Virus record (IMG/VR): IMGVR_UViG_3300013121_000025
Coordinates: 64,001-128,000 of that record
From: a virus
Taxonomy: Duplodnaviria > Caudoviricetes
Direction: 5' to 3' (one strand)
Length of the DNA: 64,000 bases
The notes under the pieces were generated by a model. That model had not been told where the DNA came from. It saw only the letters and a list, made by a program, of their open reading frames with translations, and ran no database searches. A program made the position numbers and the translations under genes. This document shows positions 8,779 through 17,588 of the stretch, piece by piece; within the stretch, counting starts at the first letter, position 1, and the number at the start of each line of letters is the position of its first letter.

Positions 8779-10331
8779 TATGATTTACCTACTTTATCGT
8801 TTGCAATTGATCCGCTGCTTATTGTTTGATTTTGTAATGTTGGTTTTGTCTTATTAAATTCAAAACGACGATCAGCTTCACAAAAAATCCATTTATTCTT
8901 AATTGCACTAAATCTAAACAATCTTGGCGGAATGTTATTATTTACACTCGAATATGTTAAGCGGTGATACGCCTTATCTGAAGGGCGCGTTGGAAAAGTA
9001 TCTCCTTCGGTATATGGTTCAGCATTAGGTGGTAAGCCGTCTTCAATATATACACCTTTCTTTGGAAGATTTGTTTTTGCACTTATACTCTTACTTGGAG
9101 GAGCGTTTTCATCTTTAGGAATTTCAGCAACAAAGAACGAATCCGCACCACGTTCAGGTGTGTTTTCTTTAGCTTGTTGGAAAATTCTATCACTAATTTC
9201 ATCAACATTCTGGTATTGTTCATCCCCATTTTGAGCGAATCCAATAGCATCTTTGTCTTTTCTAAATCCATTAACTAAATCCATTGTTTCTTGTGATGCA
9301 AATATAGGATGTGCTACAATTTTCTGTAATGTTGGCCTCCACCCAGGTGTATAACCTTCGGTTGCCCACGATACATCTGTAACTTCAAGATATTTTTTTA
9401 CTGGTTGTAAAGTAGTAGTATATTGTGTCTCGTTCGGAACTTCTAGTATATCTCCAATCACTATCGGACGACCAAGAATTCTAATCGTGTCAACAAACGC
9501 AGTAATGAAAGTGAATGGGAAATTTGTTGTTGAAATTCCCATTTTTGATAACTCAGAACGAACATCGACTAATTCATAATACATCTTAACTTGTAGTGCT
9601 TCAGTATTATAATCACGATCTCTACTTTCTATAAATCCATACTGATCTTGTAAACCACCAAATTGTGTTTGTTCATTATTAGCAAATGCTAATTTCATAA
9701 CATGCCAACTATCTGTTGCACCGCCGTTAAACGCAGTTGGACGAATTCTCCAATATCTGGATTTAACTGATGGTTTAACATTATATGTATGACTTTGATC
9801 GTCGTCTGTTAATGTTAAAATTGAAACGCCAAACCAATCCCTACCATTCTGTGAACGCTCAAGTCGAACTTTTGTTGCTCTATTTTGTGAAAGAGCAGCT
9901 TGTTGAATTGTTACTTCAGTAACCATATAAGTGTTCTCTGTCTCGACACCATATATTGTACGTCCTGCAGCAATTAAAGGACCATAATCATAACCAATAA
10001 AAGAATTTGTTAATACGGCATTTCCTTTTTGTGTTGATTTCCAACCAGTGCAAGGGGTTACAGTAAAGACGTCTGATGATGGTAAAGAAGATACTTCACC
10101 AGATGAAATCGAATTACCGTATCCATTTCCAATTGTAGTTCTATTTTGTTCATGTATTCCGAGTAATTTAAAAACATTAATGTTCGAAGCACCCATTTTA
10201 AGATGCTCCGTAACATATAATTCTTGTAAATTAGAATCAGTGCTCTCGGATAATGAGAACAATGGATTACACATTAATCCCCAAGGATCATTATTAAGAC
10301 GTTCTTGGATTGTTGGATTTTCACAAGTCAT
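8778..10331 (-). CDS. gp14: Neck protein gp14-like with inserted F5/8 type C (discoidin/CBM32-like) domain
   Basis: Position between gp13 and gp15; LQD..F.ESRDRDY, ELSKMG, LGRPIVIGDILEVP neck motifs; insert with TEVTIQQ..RATKVRLERSQNGRDW..SRYWRIRP. Confidence 0.7.
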   Translation of the reverse strand: MTCENPTIQERLNNDPWGLMCNPLFSLSESTDSNLQELYVTEHLKMGASNINVFKLLGIHEQNRTTIGNGYGNSISSGEVSSLPSSDVFTVTPCTGWKSTQKGNAVLTNSFIGYDYGPLIAAGRTIYGVETENTYMVTEVTIQQAALSQNRATKVRLERSQNGRDWFGVSILTLTDDDQSHTYNVKPSVKSRYWRIRPTAFNGGATDSWHVMKLAFANNEQTQFGGLQDQYGFIESRDRDYNTEALQVKMYYELVDVRSELSKMGISTTNFPFTFITAFVDTIRILGRPIVIGDILEVPNETQYTTTLQPVKKYLEVTDVSWATEGYTPGWRPTLQKIVAHPIFASQETMDLVNGFRKDKDAIGFAQNGDEQYQNVDEISDRIFQQAKENTPERGADSFFVAEIPKDENAPPSKSISAKTNLPKKGVYIEDGLPPNAEPYTEGDTFPTRPSDKAYHRLTYSSVNNNIPPRLFRFSAIKNKWIFCEADRRFEFNKTKPTLQNQTISSGSIANDKVGKS

Positions 10332-10334
10332 GTT

Positions 10335-13277
10335 TTAACCTATAATAATATCAGCACCAATGCCGATGTTTTCAATTTCACTTGCAATATATTCATCGAT
10401 ATCTGTGTAACATTGATCAATTAATTCTTGACCAGCTGTTCTCATATCTGTTGCATTTAATGTTACACCACCACCAGCACCTGGTAGAGTAGAGAATTTA
10501 CCTCTTATTTCCGCCAACATTAACATCGCAAATCCTGTTGCAAATTTTTCTAACCATACTTTACATATTCTGTCTTTCATTAATTCTTGTTCTGTACGTT
10601 CAACAATAACGTCTAACAAAATACGTTCATTAGAACCAAATGTTTGATGGAAATATAACTTTCTATTATCTTCATCAAATGTAAACATTAAGTTTGCAGC
10701 AAACATCATGTTCATTAATTCGATATAGTCACTCATAATATGATAACTTACTAAATCGAAACTTCCCATTTGATATAAATGTTGCAACATTGCTTGACCG
10801 TATGCACCTTGTCCTGTTGCATTACCTAAGAACGAAGATTGAATGCGATATGCAGCCATAACACGTGAAATCTTATGGAATCCTACTGTTTTATCTGATA
10901 ATTCATAAATCTGACGACCAGGAACAATATTCATAAAGAAGAATCCACGTTTGTATGCACTTGAGCTTCTTGCTCTAAATTCTTCTAATGCTTTTCTTAT
11001 ACAATGATCTAATTGTTCTGCAGTCAATTCAACATTGATTGATGGACTTCCTAAACGTTGTAATACATAGGTCATCAATTGTTTGCGTTCGTCTGATGAA
11101 CCATCTGATCCAACACCTTCGATCGCATAACCTTGAACATCAGGAATCTCATCTCTTCCTGGTTCCATTAATTTAATAAAAGTTGGAATAGAAATAGATG
11201 TAAATAGTGTTCCATCTGTTATTCTTACATATGCCTGACTTCCTAATTCACCTGTAATGAATACCATATTACCTTGGTCGTTTAATACTACATAAGCATC
11301 AGGGGTTCCTTCTACCCATGCACCATCTGTCCATGTATAAAGTAATGTATCTAAAGTATTGTAATATGTGTAACCTTCAACTGGAGTATATGGAGTAGTC
11401 TGATAAGTACTGCTTATCCAAGTACTACCGTTCCAATAAAATAATCCTGGTAAATCAGAGTCGAACCAATATGTTCCAGAAGCGATTGCATTTCTGTCAA
11501 TATCACTTATAAATGGTGTAAATGTTACCCATGCGCTTCCGTTCCAATATTTCCAAACTTCATCTGATGCATTATACCATACGTCATTTGTGTTAGGTAA
11601 ATTTGGTGCATGACTGTATTCCATTACTTCAGTTTCAATCCAATCAATACCATCCCATACATAATATAATTCTGTATCAGTATTAAACCAAGCAGTGCCA
11701 GCATCTAATGTAGGAACTGCTGCAGGATCATTTGTTGATTGAATAAAGTTAGTAACATTTACCCAACCATTAGGACTTGCAAATGTCCAAACATATAATT
11801 CATCTGTATTAGAATTCCACCATAATTGGCAAGAATCTCTGTCTGTTGGATCTGCATGATATATTGTAACAGACGTAATGATCCAAGTTGTACCGTTCCA
11901 AATACGTAAGACATCAGATGAATCTAACCACATATCATCGACAGCAGGATCTGTTGGAGCGGTTCCTATCGTAAGAGGACTTAATGATTCACTCCAAACA
12001 TTATCGACGGTATAAACATACATTGTTTCTGTTTCATAATTAAACCATAAACTACCTGTTGTAATAGCATTAGGATCATTAGAATCGTAAATTACTTCAA
12101 CAGCAACCCATTGATTACAATCTTCTTTCCATTGATAAAGAATTTTTGTAGTTGTATTGTACCAATATGTACCAATATCAGGATATGATGCTGTAGATGG
12201 ATCTTCATTTGTGGAATACATCAAAATATCACACCAAACGACCCCATTCCATTTATGTAACGTTGTACCATCAAACCAATATGATGATTGCTTTAACGCA
12301 CTTGTAGGATCGATATCAGATGTTACATAACTAGTGGTGTTCCATGCTGATCCCGTCCATTGTTTAAGTATAGAGGTTGAATTTTTAAACCAATATTCTC
12401 CAGTAGCAATAACTATCGGATCGTCATCTAATGTAACTGTTGGAGCAGCAGTATGTTCTTCACCATCCCAAACATAAACTGTATCATTACTTGTATTATA
12501 ATACAAAGCACCGGCATTTGGCAGTCCTGCACTTTGAGGATAGTTTGACATCAAACGTAATTCGAGATTAATAGCATCGACTAAATCGCCAAATGTTTGC
12601 GCGTCTGCGCCATCAATAGTGATAACAGTTCCTGTTGTATCTTTAGGATCAAGGAAGATGTTAAACGTGTACGAAGTAGTTGAAGATAATCCTGTTGAAT
12701 CACCTGCATTAGCACCTGTAGAGATATTCGAAATTCCCCACAAGTTAATATCGAAAAGACTTGAATTATCAACAGCACCAAGTAATACTAATTGGTAAGA
12801 TGGTAATTGTTCACGTTTGTTAGGACTATCGACACCTGTTGGAAGGGAATATGCGTGGGTTCCTTCTCTATGATATCTTAATTGTTTATCAACAGCATAA
12901 CCTGAAATATAAACAGGAGTGTTAGCAGGTAAGTTAGTAATGTCAAAGAATGTAGTATCTTTATCATCATAAAATGCTCCAATTACCAATGCTGTTCCGA
13001 TTGTATCCCCTGCATGAAGGTTTTGTGAAGCAGTTGGATCAGCAGTATAAACTATTTTATTCGTTGGTGTTGTTGATAAGGAAGCTGCAACAGTATCGTA
13101 AGTTATTACAATACCGTTATATGCTTGATTATCTTCGTTACAGCCAAACGCTGGAGATGGAATATTCCACGACACTCTTCCTGTCGTAGGACCAGTTTTT
13201 GTGAAAGTTAACGTAATTTGTAAACCTTCAAGTCTAATTTGGTTTGGTGCATCAGCTGGTGGTTGGAGACGTGACAT
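10335..13277 (-). CDS. gp13: Neck protein gp13-like with ~730-aa N-terminal extension including 11 Trp-rich repeats
   Basis: C-terminal YVLQRLGSPSINVELTAEQLDHCIRKAL...LAEIRGKFSTLPGAGGGVTLNA is the gp13 signature. Confidence 0.85.
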   Translation of the reverse strand: MSRLQPPADAPNQIRLEGLQITLTFTKTGPTTGRVSWNIPSPAFGCNEDNQAYNGIVITYDTVAASLSTTPTNKIVYTADPTASQNLHAGDTIGTALVIGAFYDDKDTTFFDITNLPANTPVYISGYAVDKQLRYHREGTHAYSLPTGVDSPNKREQLPSYQLVLLGAVDNSSLFDINLWGISNISTGANAGDSTGLSSTTSYTFNIFLDPKDTTGTVITIDGADAQTFGDLVDAINLELRLMSNYPQSAGLPNAGALYYNTSNDTVYVWDGEEHTAAPTVTLDDDPIVIATGEYWFKNSTSILKQWTGSAWNTTSYVTSDIDPTSALKQSSYWFDGTTLHKWNGVVWCDILMYSTNEDPSTASYPDIGTYWYNTTTKILYQWKEDCNQWVAVEVIYDSNDPNAITTGSLWFNYETETMYVYTVDNVWSESLSPLTIGTAPTDPAVDDMWLDSSDVLRIWNGTTWIITSVTIYHADPTDRDSCQLWWNSNTDELYVWTFASPNGWVNVTNFIQSTNDPAAVPTLDAGTAWFNTDTELYYVWDGIDWIETEVMEYSHAPNLPNTNDVWYNASDEVWKYWNGSAWVTFTPFISDIDRNAIASGTYWFDSDLPGLFYWNGSTWISSTYQTTPYTPVEGYTYYNTLDTLLYTWTDGAWVEGTPDAYVVLNDQGNMVFITGELGSQAYVRITDGTLFTSISIPTFIKLMEPGRDEIPDVQGYAIEGVGSDGSSDERKQLMTYVLQRLGSPSINVELTAEQLDHCIRKALEEFRARSSSAYKRGFFFMNIVPGRQIYELSDKTVGFHKISRVMAAYRIQSSFLGNATGQGAYGQAMLQHLYQMGSFDLVSYHIMSDYIELMNMMFAANLMFTFDEDNRKLYFHQTFGSNERILLDVIVERTEQELMKDRICKVWLEKFATGFAMLMLAEIRGKFSTLPGAGGGVTLNATDMRTAGQELIDQCYTDIDEYIASEIENIGIGADIIIG

Positions 13278-13300
13278 TGAAATACCCAGGTTTTGTTAGG

Positions 13301-13308
13301 TATTTATT
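13301..13308 (-). promoter_or_regulatory. Late promoter AATAAATA (neck operon)
   Basis: TAAATA core ~24 nt upstream of gp13 ATG. Confidence 0.6.
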
Positions 13309-13760
13309 CAATTTGCCAATTCACTTAGTACATCTACGAGGTGTAATTGTATTCTTTTGAATTGGTACATGCTTATATTTTGATGGTCTAATAATAATAA
13401 ATCCAAATAGGAAGCAATATCTGTTAACCCGACACGTGGTAATATTTGTTTGTCCTCAATTCTTTTTAAGAAATCAATAAGGGGATCAATATATTCTTGT
13501 TTGAGTACACTTCGTTTAGTGTCATATGAGAAATAGTAACTTTCGACAAATTCGTACAAAGATTTTTTTGCATCTTCAAATTGATCATATGGAATTGGAG
13601 TGCCATTTAAAGTTGTTTTAAGATGGGTAGTTGTTGGTTGCATAAGGAAAAACATCTTCGCTGCAACTGTAGTATCGTATAAATCTTCTAATGTGGGATT
13701 ACCAGGTTGGAAACTTTTATTTGCTAAATCTGTTAATAGTACACTCAATCTTTTAGTCAT
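13308..13760 (-). CDS. Hypothetical protein
   Basis: 150-aa ORF overlapping the upstream stop (ATGACTAA coupling); no recognisable motif. Confidence 0.7.
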   Translation of the reverse strand: MTKRLSVLLTDLANKSFQPGNPTLEDLYDTTVAAKMFFLMQPTTTHLKTTLNGTPIPYDQFEDAKKSLYEFVESYYFSYDTKRSVLKQEYIDPLIDFLKRIEDKQILPRVGLTDIASYLDLLLLDHQNISMYQFKRIQLHLVDVLSELAN

Positions 13761-14139
13761 TTTCTTCCTCTTTTTCTTCTTTTTCTTTAAAATTCATTTT
13801 TGAAAGCCACGAGTCAATATTAGTATTATTATCTAGCCAATTTAATATCTTTTCGTTTTTCCATGATAATGTATATTTTGTATTTGGGTCAACGGAATCA
13901 ACATCTAAAAAGGATATAGAATGTATTAATGGTGTTTGATAAGTTGGCCATGAACATTCAACCATTACTGTGCACTTAGGCTTGAGAGAGATTTCTTTTC
14001 TTGTTTGGTCTTGTTCAATAACCGGTAATTTACAGTACTTTTTCATAATATATCTTGTAGTAGTAATCGGCGTTCGTGAAAGGGATTCAACGAGAATTTC
14101 TTTCGATATTAAGTATTCTTTAAACGAATTAGGCTTCAT
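13753..14139 (-). CDS. Hypothetical late protein with capsid-targeting-like N-terminus
   Basis: Starts MKPNSFKEYL...LVES, resembling T4 internal-protein CTS (MKTYQEF..E); own TATAAATA promoter. Confidence 0.65.
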   Translation of the reverse strand: MKPNSFKEYLISKEILVESLSRTPITTTRYIMKKYCKLPVIEQDQTRKEISLKPKCTVMVECSWPTYQTPLIHSISFLDVDSVDPNTKYTLSWKNEKILNWLDNNTNIDSWLSKMNFKEKEEKEEEND

Positions 14140-14166
14140 TAAAATATTTTACAATCCAATTTCAAA

Positions 14167-14174
14167 TATTTATA
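14167..14174 (-). promoter_or_regulatory. Late promoter TATAAATA
   Basis: Exact consensus downstream of the MCP terminator. Confidence 0.7.
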
Positions 14175-14195
14175 AGAAAGGTTTTGATGGAAAAT

Positions 14196-14224
14196 AAAAA
14201 ACCCGGCCACGGCCGGGTTTTTTA
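14196..14224 (-). terminator. Rho-independent terminator after major capsid gene
   Basis: AAAAAACCCGGCC-ac-GGCCGGGTTTTTTT. Confidence 0.85.
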
Positions 14225-14244
14225 CTATAACATTTCTTCGTGTA

Positions 14245-15663
14245 TTAAGCGAAGGACATATCTGTGATGTTCAACTTAGCGTAGTAGTCCGCTGAGTTGC
14301 CAAGAGATGTCTGGCTGTTGGTGAAGATTGCCTTACCGTAACGTGTCATTAAACTTACAACTGGTTGGAATGTAAGTGGGTTAACAACAACACCAGAAGA
14401 CATTAATGGGATATATGGGCAGTAGAAGTAACCTGCGTCTGTCTCACCATTTCCACCTTTATAACCTACTAACACTGTATCATTACCTGAACCATAAGAA
14501 ACTGGTGAGGATGGATATACAGAGTCAACATCTGTAGATACTACGTTGTTCCAAAGGTAGCTGTACACTTTAATTGTACCGTTTAAAGTACCAACTAATT
14601 GTGTATTGTTTGGACCTTTGAAAGAGCCTTGTGTTGCTGGAGCAAACACAGATTTAGCAGCTGTTTGAAGAGCAGTAACAACCATTGGGCTAACTACGAT
14701 GTAGTTACCTGGTCCTTTACGTGTCTTGCGAGCGATTTCGTTAGCAAGGTAGTTGATCATTACTGATAAACCAGCTAAACGGTCGCCAACATAAGCTGGC
14801 TTGTAGTTACCGATTGCACCAACGGAACCGTCGTATGCACCAACTGTACCTGCAAGAGCAAGTAAGTCGCCGATAACTTCTGCGTCGATGTCCTGAACGA
14901 TCTGTGCAGACAATGCAGTTGTCATTTCGTTCTCGAGGTCGAGACCGTGACCAGCATTAAGATCCTGCATAGCTTCGATTGTCCATCCAGCTTGCAATTT
15001 ACGTGAACCAGCTTCAACAGCCTGGCTGATTACTTCAAGTGACATTTTACGTCCACCTGAACCTTCAATTTGACCACCGTGACCACCGCGATGTAAACCA
15101 ACGCCGCTTGTAATGGTTGCGAATGCAGAATCTGCAGTTTCGTCTAACCAGTAGTTACCATCAGCACCTGTACCAGTGATGTCACCTGGTGTACCTGGAC
15201 CGATGCCAGAAGCACCAGCAGATTCACCTACGCCAACTGTGCCTGCTTTACCAGAGTAGAAGCCATAGATTGGGTTAGAACCAGCTACAGAGTTGTAGTG
15301 ATCGTTACCAAACGCTTCTGAACCAGCAGCGATAGACTTAGCATTACCGAACTGATCGGTACCTGCAACAGCTTCAGCGTATTTATAACGTAATGAATAT
15401 ACAAGGCCAACTGGACCTGTCATTGGCTGTACGCCAACAAGTTCGGTTGCAATTGTGCCAGGGATGATACGACGAATCATTGGAATCATGATCTTGCGGA
15501 AACCAGCAATATCAGCACCACGTGTCGCGCCATCAGCAGCATTTTCTCTAAGGATTAAATCTTTTTGGTTCTCGAGAAGAGGGGCTACAATTTTCTTCTT
15601 TTGAGAATCCAATCCTTCGAGGAGAGTATTTTTAACTTCAGCCCAATTTTGTAAAATGTCCAT
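14245..15663 (-). CDS. gp23: Major capsid protein
   Basis: LLENQ, IPMIRRIIPGTIATELVGVQPMTGPVGLVYSLRY, SRKLQAGWTIEAMQDL, DAGYFYCPYIPL, FQPVVSLMTRYG. Confidence 0.97.
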   Translation of the reverse strand: MDILQNWAEVKNTLLEGLDSQKKKIVAPLLENQKDLILRENAADGATRGADIAGFRKIMIPMIRRIIPGTIATELVGVQPMTGPVGLVYSLRYKYAEAVAGTDQFGNAKSIAAGSEAFGNDHYNSVAGSNPIYGFYSGKAGTVGVGESAGASGIGPGTPGDITGTGADGNYWLDETADSAFATITSGVGLHRGGHGGQIEGSGGRKMSLEVISQAVEAGSRKLQAGWTIEAMQDLNAGHGLDLENEMTTALSAQIVQDIDAEVIGDLLALAGTVGAYDGSVGAIGNYKPAYVGDRLAGLSVMINYLANEIARKTRKGPGNYIVVSPMVVTALQTAAKSVFAPATQGSFKGPNNTQLVGTLNGTIKVYSYLWNNVVSTDVDSVYPSSPVSYGSGNDTVLVGYKGGNGETDAGYFYCPYIPLMSSGVVVNPLTFQPVVSLMTRYGKAIFTNSQTSLGNSADYYAKLNITDMSFA

Positions 15664-15693
15664 GTTTTTTCTCCTAAATTATGACATTAAAAA

Positions 15694-16617
15694 TTATTCA
15701 TCGATACCTGATAAACGACGAAGCTTTGCTTTCATTTCTGCAATTGCTGGGTCTTCAACAGACTCATTAACTACAGTTTTTACTTCATCATCACCAGACT
15801 TAACGATTGTCTTTTTATCGTTCTTGGATACGTCATCGGAAGATCCTTCAGCGAGTACTTTATTTTCCTTCTCTTTTGAATCGTCTGACTCTCTAACCAC
15901 ACGGCCGATGAATTGTTTAAATCCTTCGTCGAGTTGGTTAGTTGGAAGTTTTGCGAGAATAGTCTCCATCACTTCACGTTTTTTACCGCTAAGAGGAGCC
16001 AAGAGTTCCTTCAACTTAGCGTTACGAACTTGCTCGTCGATCTGAGCCTTAGACTCTTTCAACTGGCGGTTAGCCTTTTGGAGCTGTTCGCGTGTTTCTT
16101 TTAATTCTACTTCAACCTTTGAACCGTCAACGAAATTCTTACGATATTCATTTACGAATGCTTCAAATACATTACGTCCGAATTCGGATTCCTTAACACG
16201 ATTCATGTCTTCTTTCAATTCTTCCATTTCAGCAGCTAAACGAAGTTCTAAGAATGCATCAATTTTCTCAACTAATGTGTTGATATCAGATTGTAATTGA
16301 ACTTTCATTTTTGCCTTTTCTTCAACAATCTTTTCAGCATATTCTGCTTCAAGGTCACGGAAACGAGAAATGTCTTCTCTTAAATCTTCAAATTCCTTTA
16401 CACAAAACTCACTTACTTTTGAATCGATTGCTTCAATCAACGCATCACGCTCTACTGCCCACTGTTCCTTAAGTTCTGCACGAACTACGGTTTCGGTCTC
16501 AGCACGAGCAACTGCTTTTGCTTCATTTAATTCTGCGGTAATTGCTTCTTGCAACTGAACTTTTACATCTTCTGTAAGAATGTCAGCGCTAAGCAATTTT
16601 GCTAATAGTTCATTCAT
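15694..16617 (-). CDS. gp22: Prohead core scaffolding protein
   Basis: Coiled-coil, Glu-rich, FGRNVFEAF motif, C-terminal LRRLSGI; between protease and MCP. Confidence 0.85.
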   Translation of the reverse strand: MNELLAKLLSADILTEDVKVQLQEAITAELNEAKAVARAETETVVRAELKEQWAVERDALIEAIDSKVSEFCVKEFEDLREDISRFRDLEAEYAEKIVEEKAKMKVQLQSDINTLVEKIDAFLELRLAAEMEELKEDMNRVKESEFGRNVFEAFVNEYRKNFVDGSKVEVELKETREQLQKANRQLKESKAQIDEQVRNAKLKELLAPLSGKKREVMETILAKLPTNQLDEGFKQFIGRVVRESDDSKEKENKVLAEGSSDDVSKNDKKTIVKSGDDEVKTVVNESVEDPAIAEMKAKLRRLSGIDE

Positions 16618-16653
16618 TGTGTTTCTCCTATAGACAATGGGTTATGTCAATAT

Positions 16654-16661
16654 TATTTAGT
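16654..16661 (-). promoter_or_regulatory. Late promoter ACTAAATA (gp22-gp23)
   Basis: TAAATA core ~37 nt upstream of gp22 ATG. Confidence 0.6.
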
Positions 16662-16702
16662 ATATAACTTCTTAATATTTAAGAGATTTTTTATGTGATG
16701 TT

Positions 16703-16739
16703 AAAACTCCACTAAAATCAATCATTTAGTGGAGTTTTT
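16703..16739 (-). terminator. Stem-loop/terminator after gp21
   Basis: AAAACTCCACTAAA...TTTAGTGGAGTTTT 14-bp inverted repeat. Confidence 0.7.
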
Positions 16740-16754
16740 GATTTTTGATATTTT

Positions 16755-17390
16755 TTAATTTTTCTTGTGAAGACAAGAGGTTATGAATTTTTTAATCTCT
16801 TGCTCAAAGTATTTCTGTGCTGCTTTATCGTCTTTTAATTGTTCTGCTAATGTAATTGCTTTATATCCATGAGCATCATTCATCAAAGATTCATAAATGG
16901 TTGATGGAGTAGCTAATTGAGCACTTGGTGTAGCAACTAAGTCTACTGTAATGAAAGTAAACCCTTCAACAATACCTTGCTCGTTGACACCACCAGCTCC
17001 TCTACTTGAAACACCCATACGAACGCCGCTCTCAATTAATTTGCGAGCAATGTTACCCATCGGAGTGTCAATAATTTTTGCTTTACCAATGGCATTATTT
17101 CCTTCCATACGTAATTCAGTAATTACGTGCGAAATGCGATCAAGGTTAATGGTTAATGTTTGTGGATGATCTAACTCACCAAAAATTCCATTCTGTTCCT
17201 TAATCATTTGATTTGCTGTTTCTACAGCACGAAGCATTTCAGTAAGTGGATATACACGTCCGTTACGATTTTTTGCTTCTGCTTGCATAAAGATACCTGA
17301 TAAGAAACAATTCTTACCATCAACAGCTGCTTCTTGAATAAGATTGCACGCTGTTGGATTTAATGACTCAATGAGAAGTTGTGACTTCAT
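16755..17390 (-). CDS. gp21: Prohead protease
   Basis: LSGIFMQAEAKNRNGRVYP, GELDHP, INLDRISH, TPMGNI, GVSSRGAG, TVDLVATPSA. Confidence 0.95.
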   Translation of the reverse strand: MKSQLLIESLNPTACNLIQEAAVDGKNCFLSGIFMQAEAKNRNGRVYPLTEMLRAVETANQMIKEQNGIFGELDHPQTLTINLDRISHVITELRMEGNNAIGKAKIIDTPMGNIARKLIESGVRMGVSSRGAGGVNEQGIVEGFTFITVDLVATPSAQLATPSTIYESLMNDAHGYKAITLAEQLKDDKAAQKYFEQEIKKFITSCLHKKN

Positions 17391-17393
17391 AAA

Positions 17394-17555
17394 TTACCCC
17401 TGTGTAGGTTTTTCGACCTCAGTATTATTTGTTGGGGAACTGATTATCTCTTTCGATTTATCAGTCATGTAAGTACGAAACATCGCTCGTGCTTCTTCGT
17501 CCTTTTTATTGATAATCGAATCAATAACGTCCAACAATATTTCTTTCTTGTCCAT
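17394..17555 (-). CDS. Small prohead core protein (T4 gp67-like), 53 aa; absent from ORF track
   Basis: MDKKEILLDVIDSIINKKDEEARAMFRTYMTDKSKEII...; AGGAG RBS at 17566-17570; CCTAAATA at 17590-17597; syntenic with T4 gp67 between gp20 and gp21. Confidence 0.7.
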   Translation of the reverse strand: MDKKEILLDVIDSIINKKDEEARAMFRTYMTDKSKEIISSPTNNTEVEKPTQG

Positions 17556-17588
17556 AATGTATTTACTCCTAATGGTTATTTTTATGTA

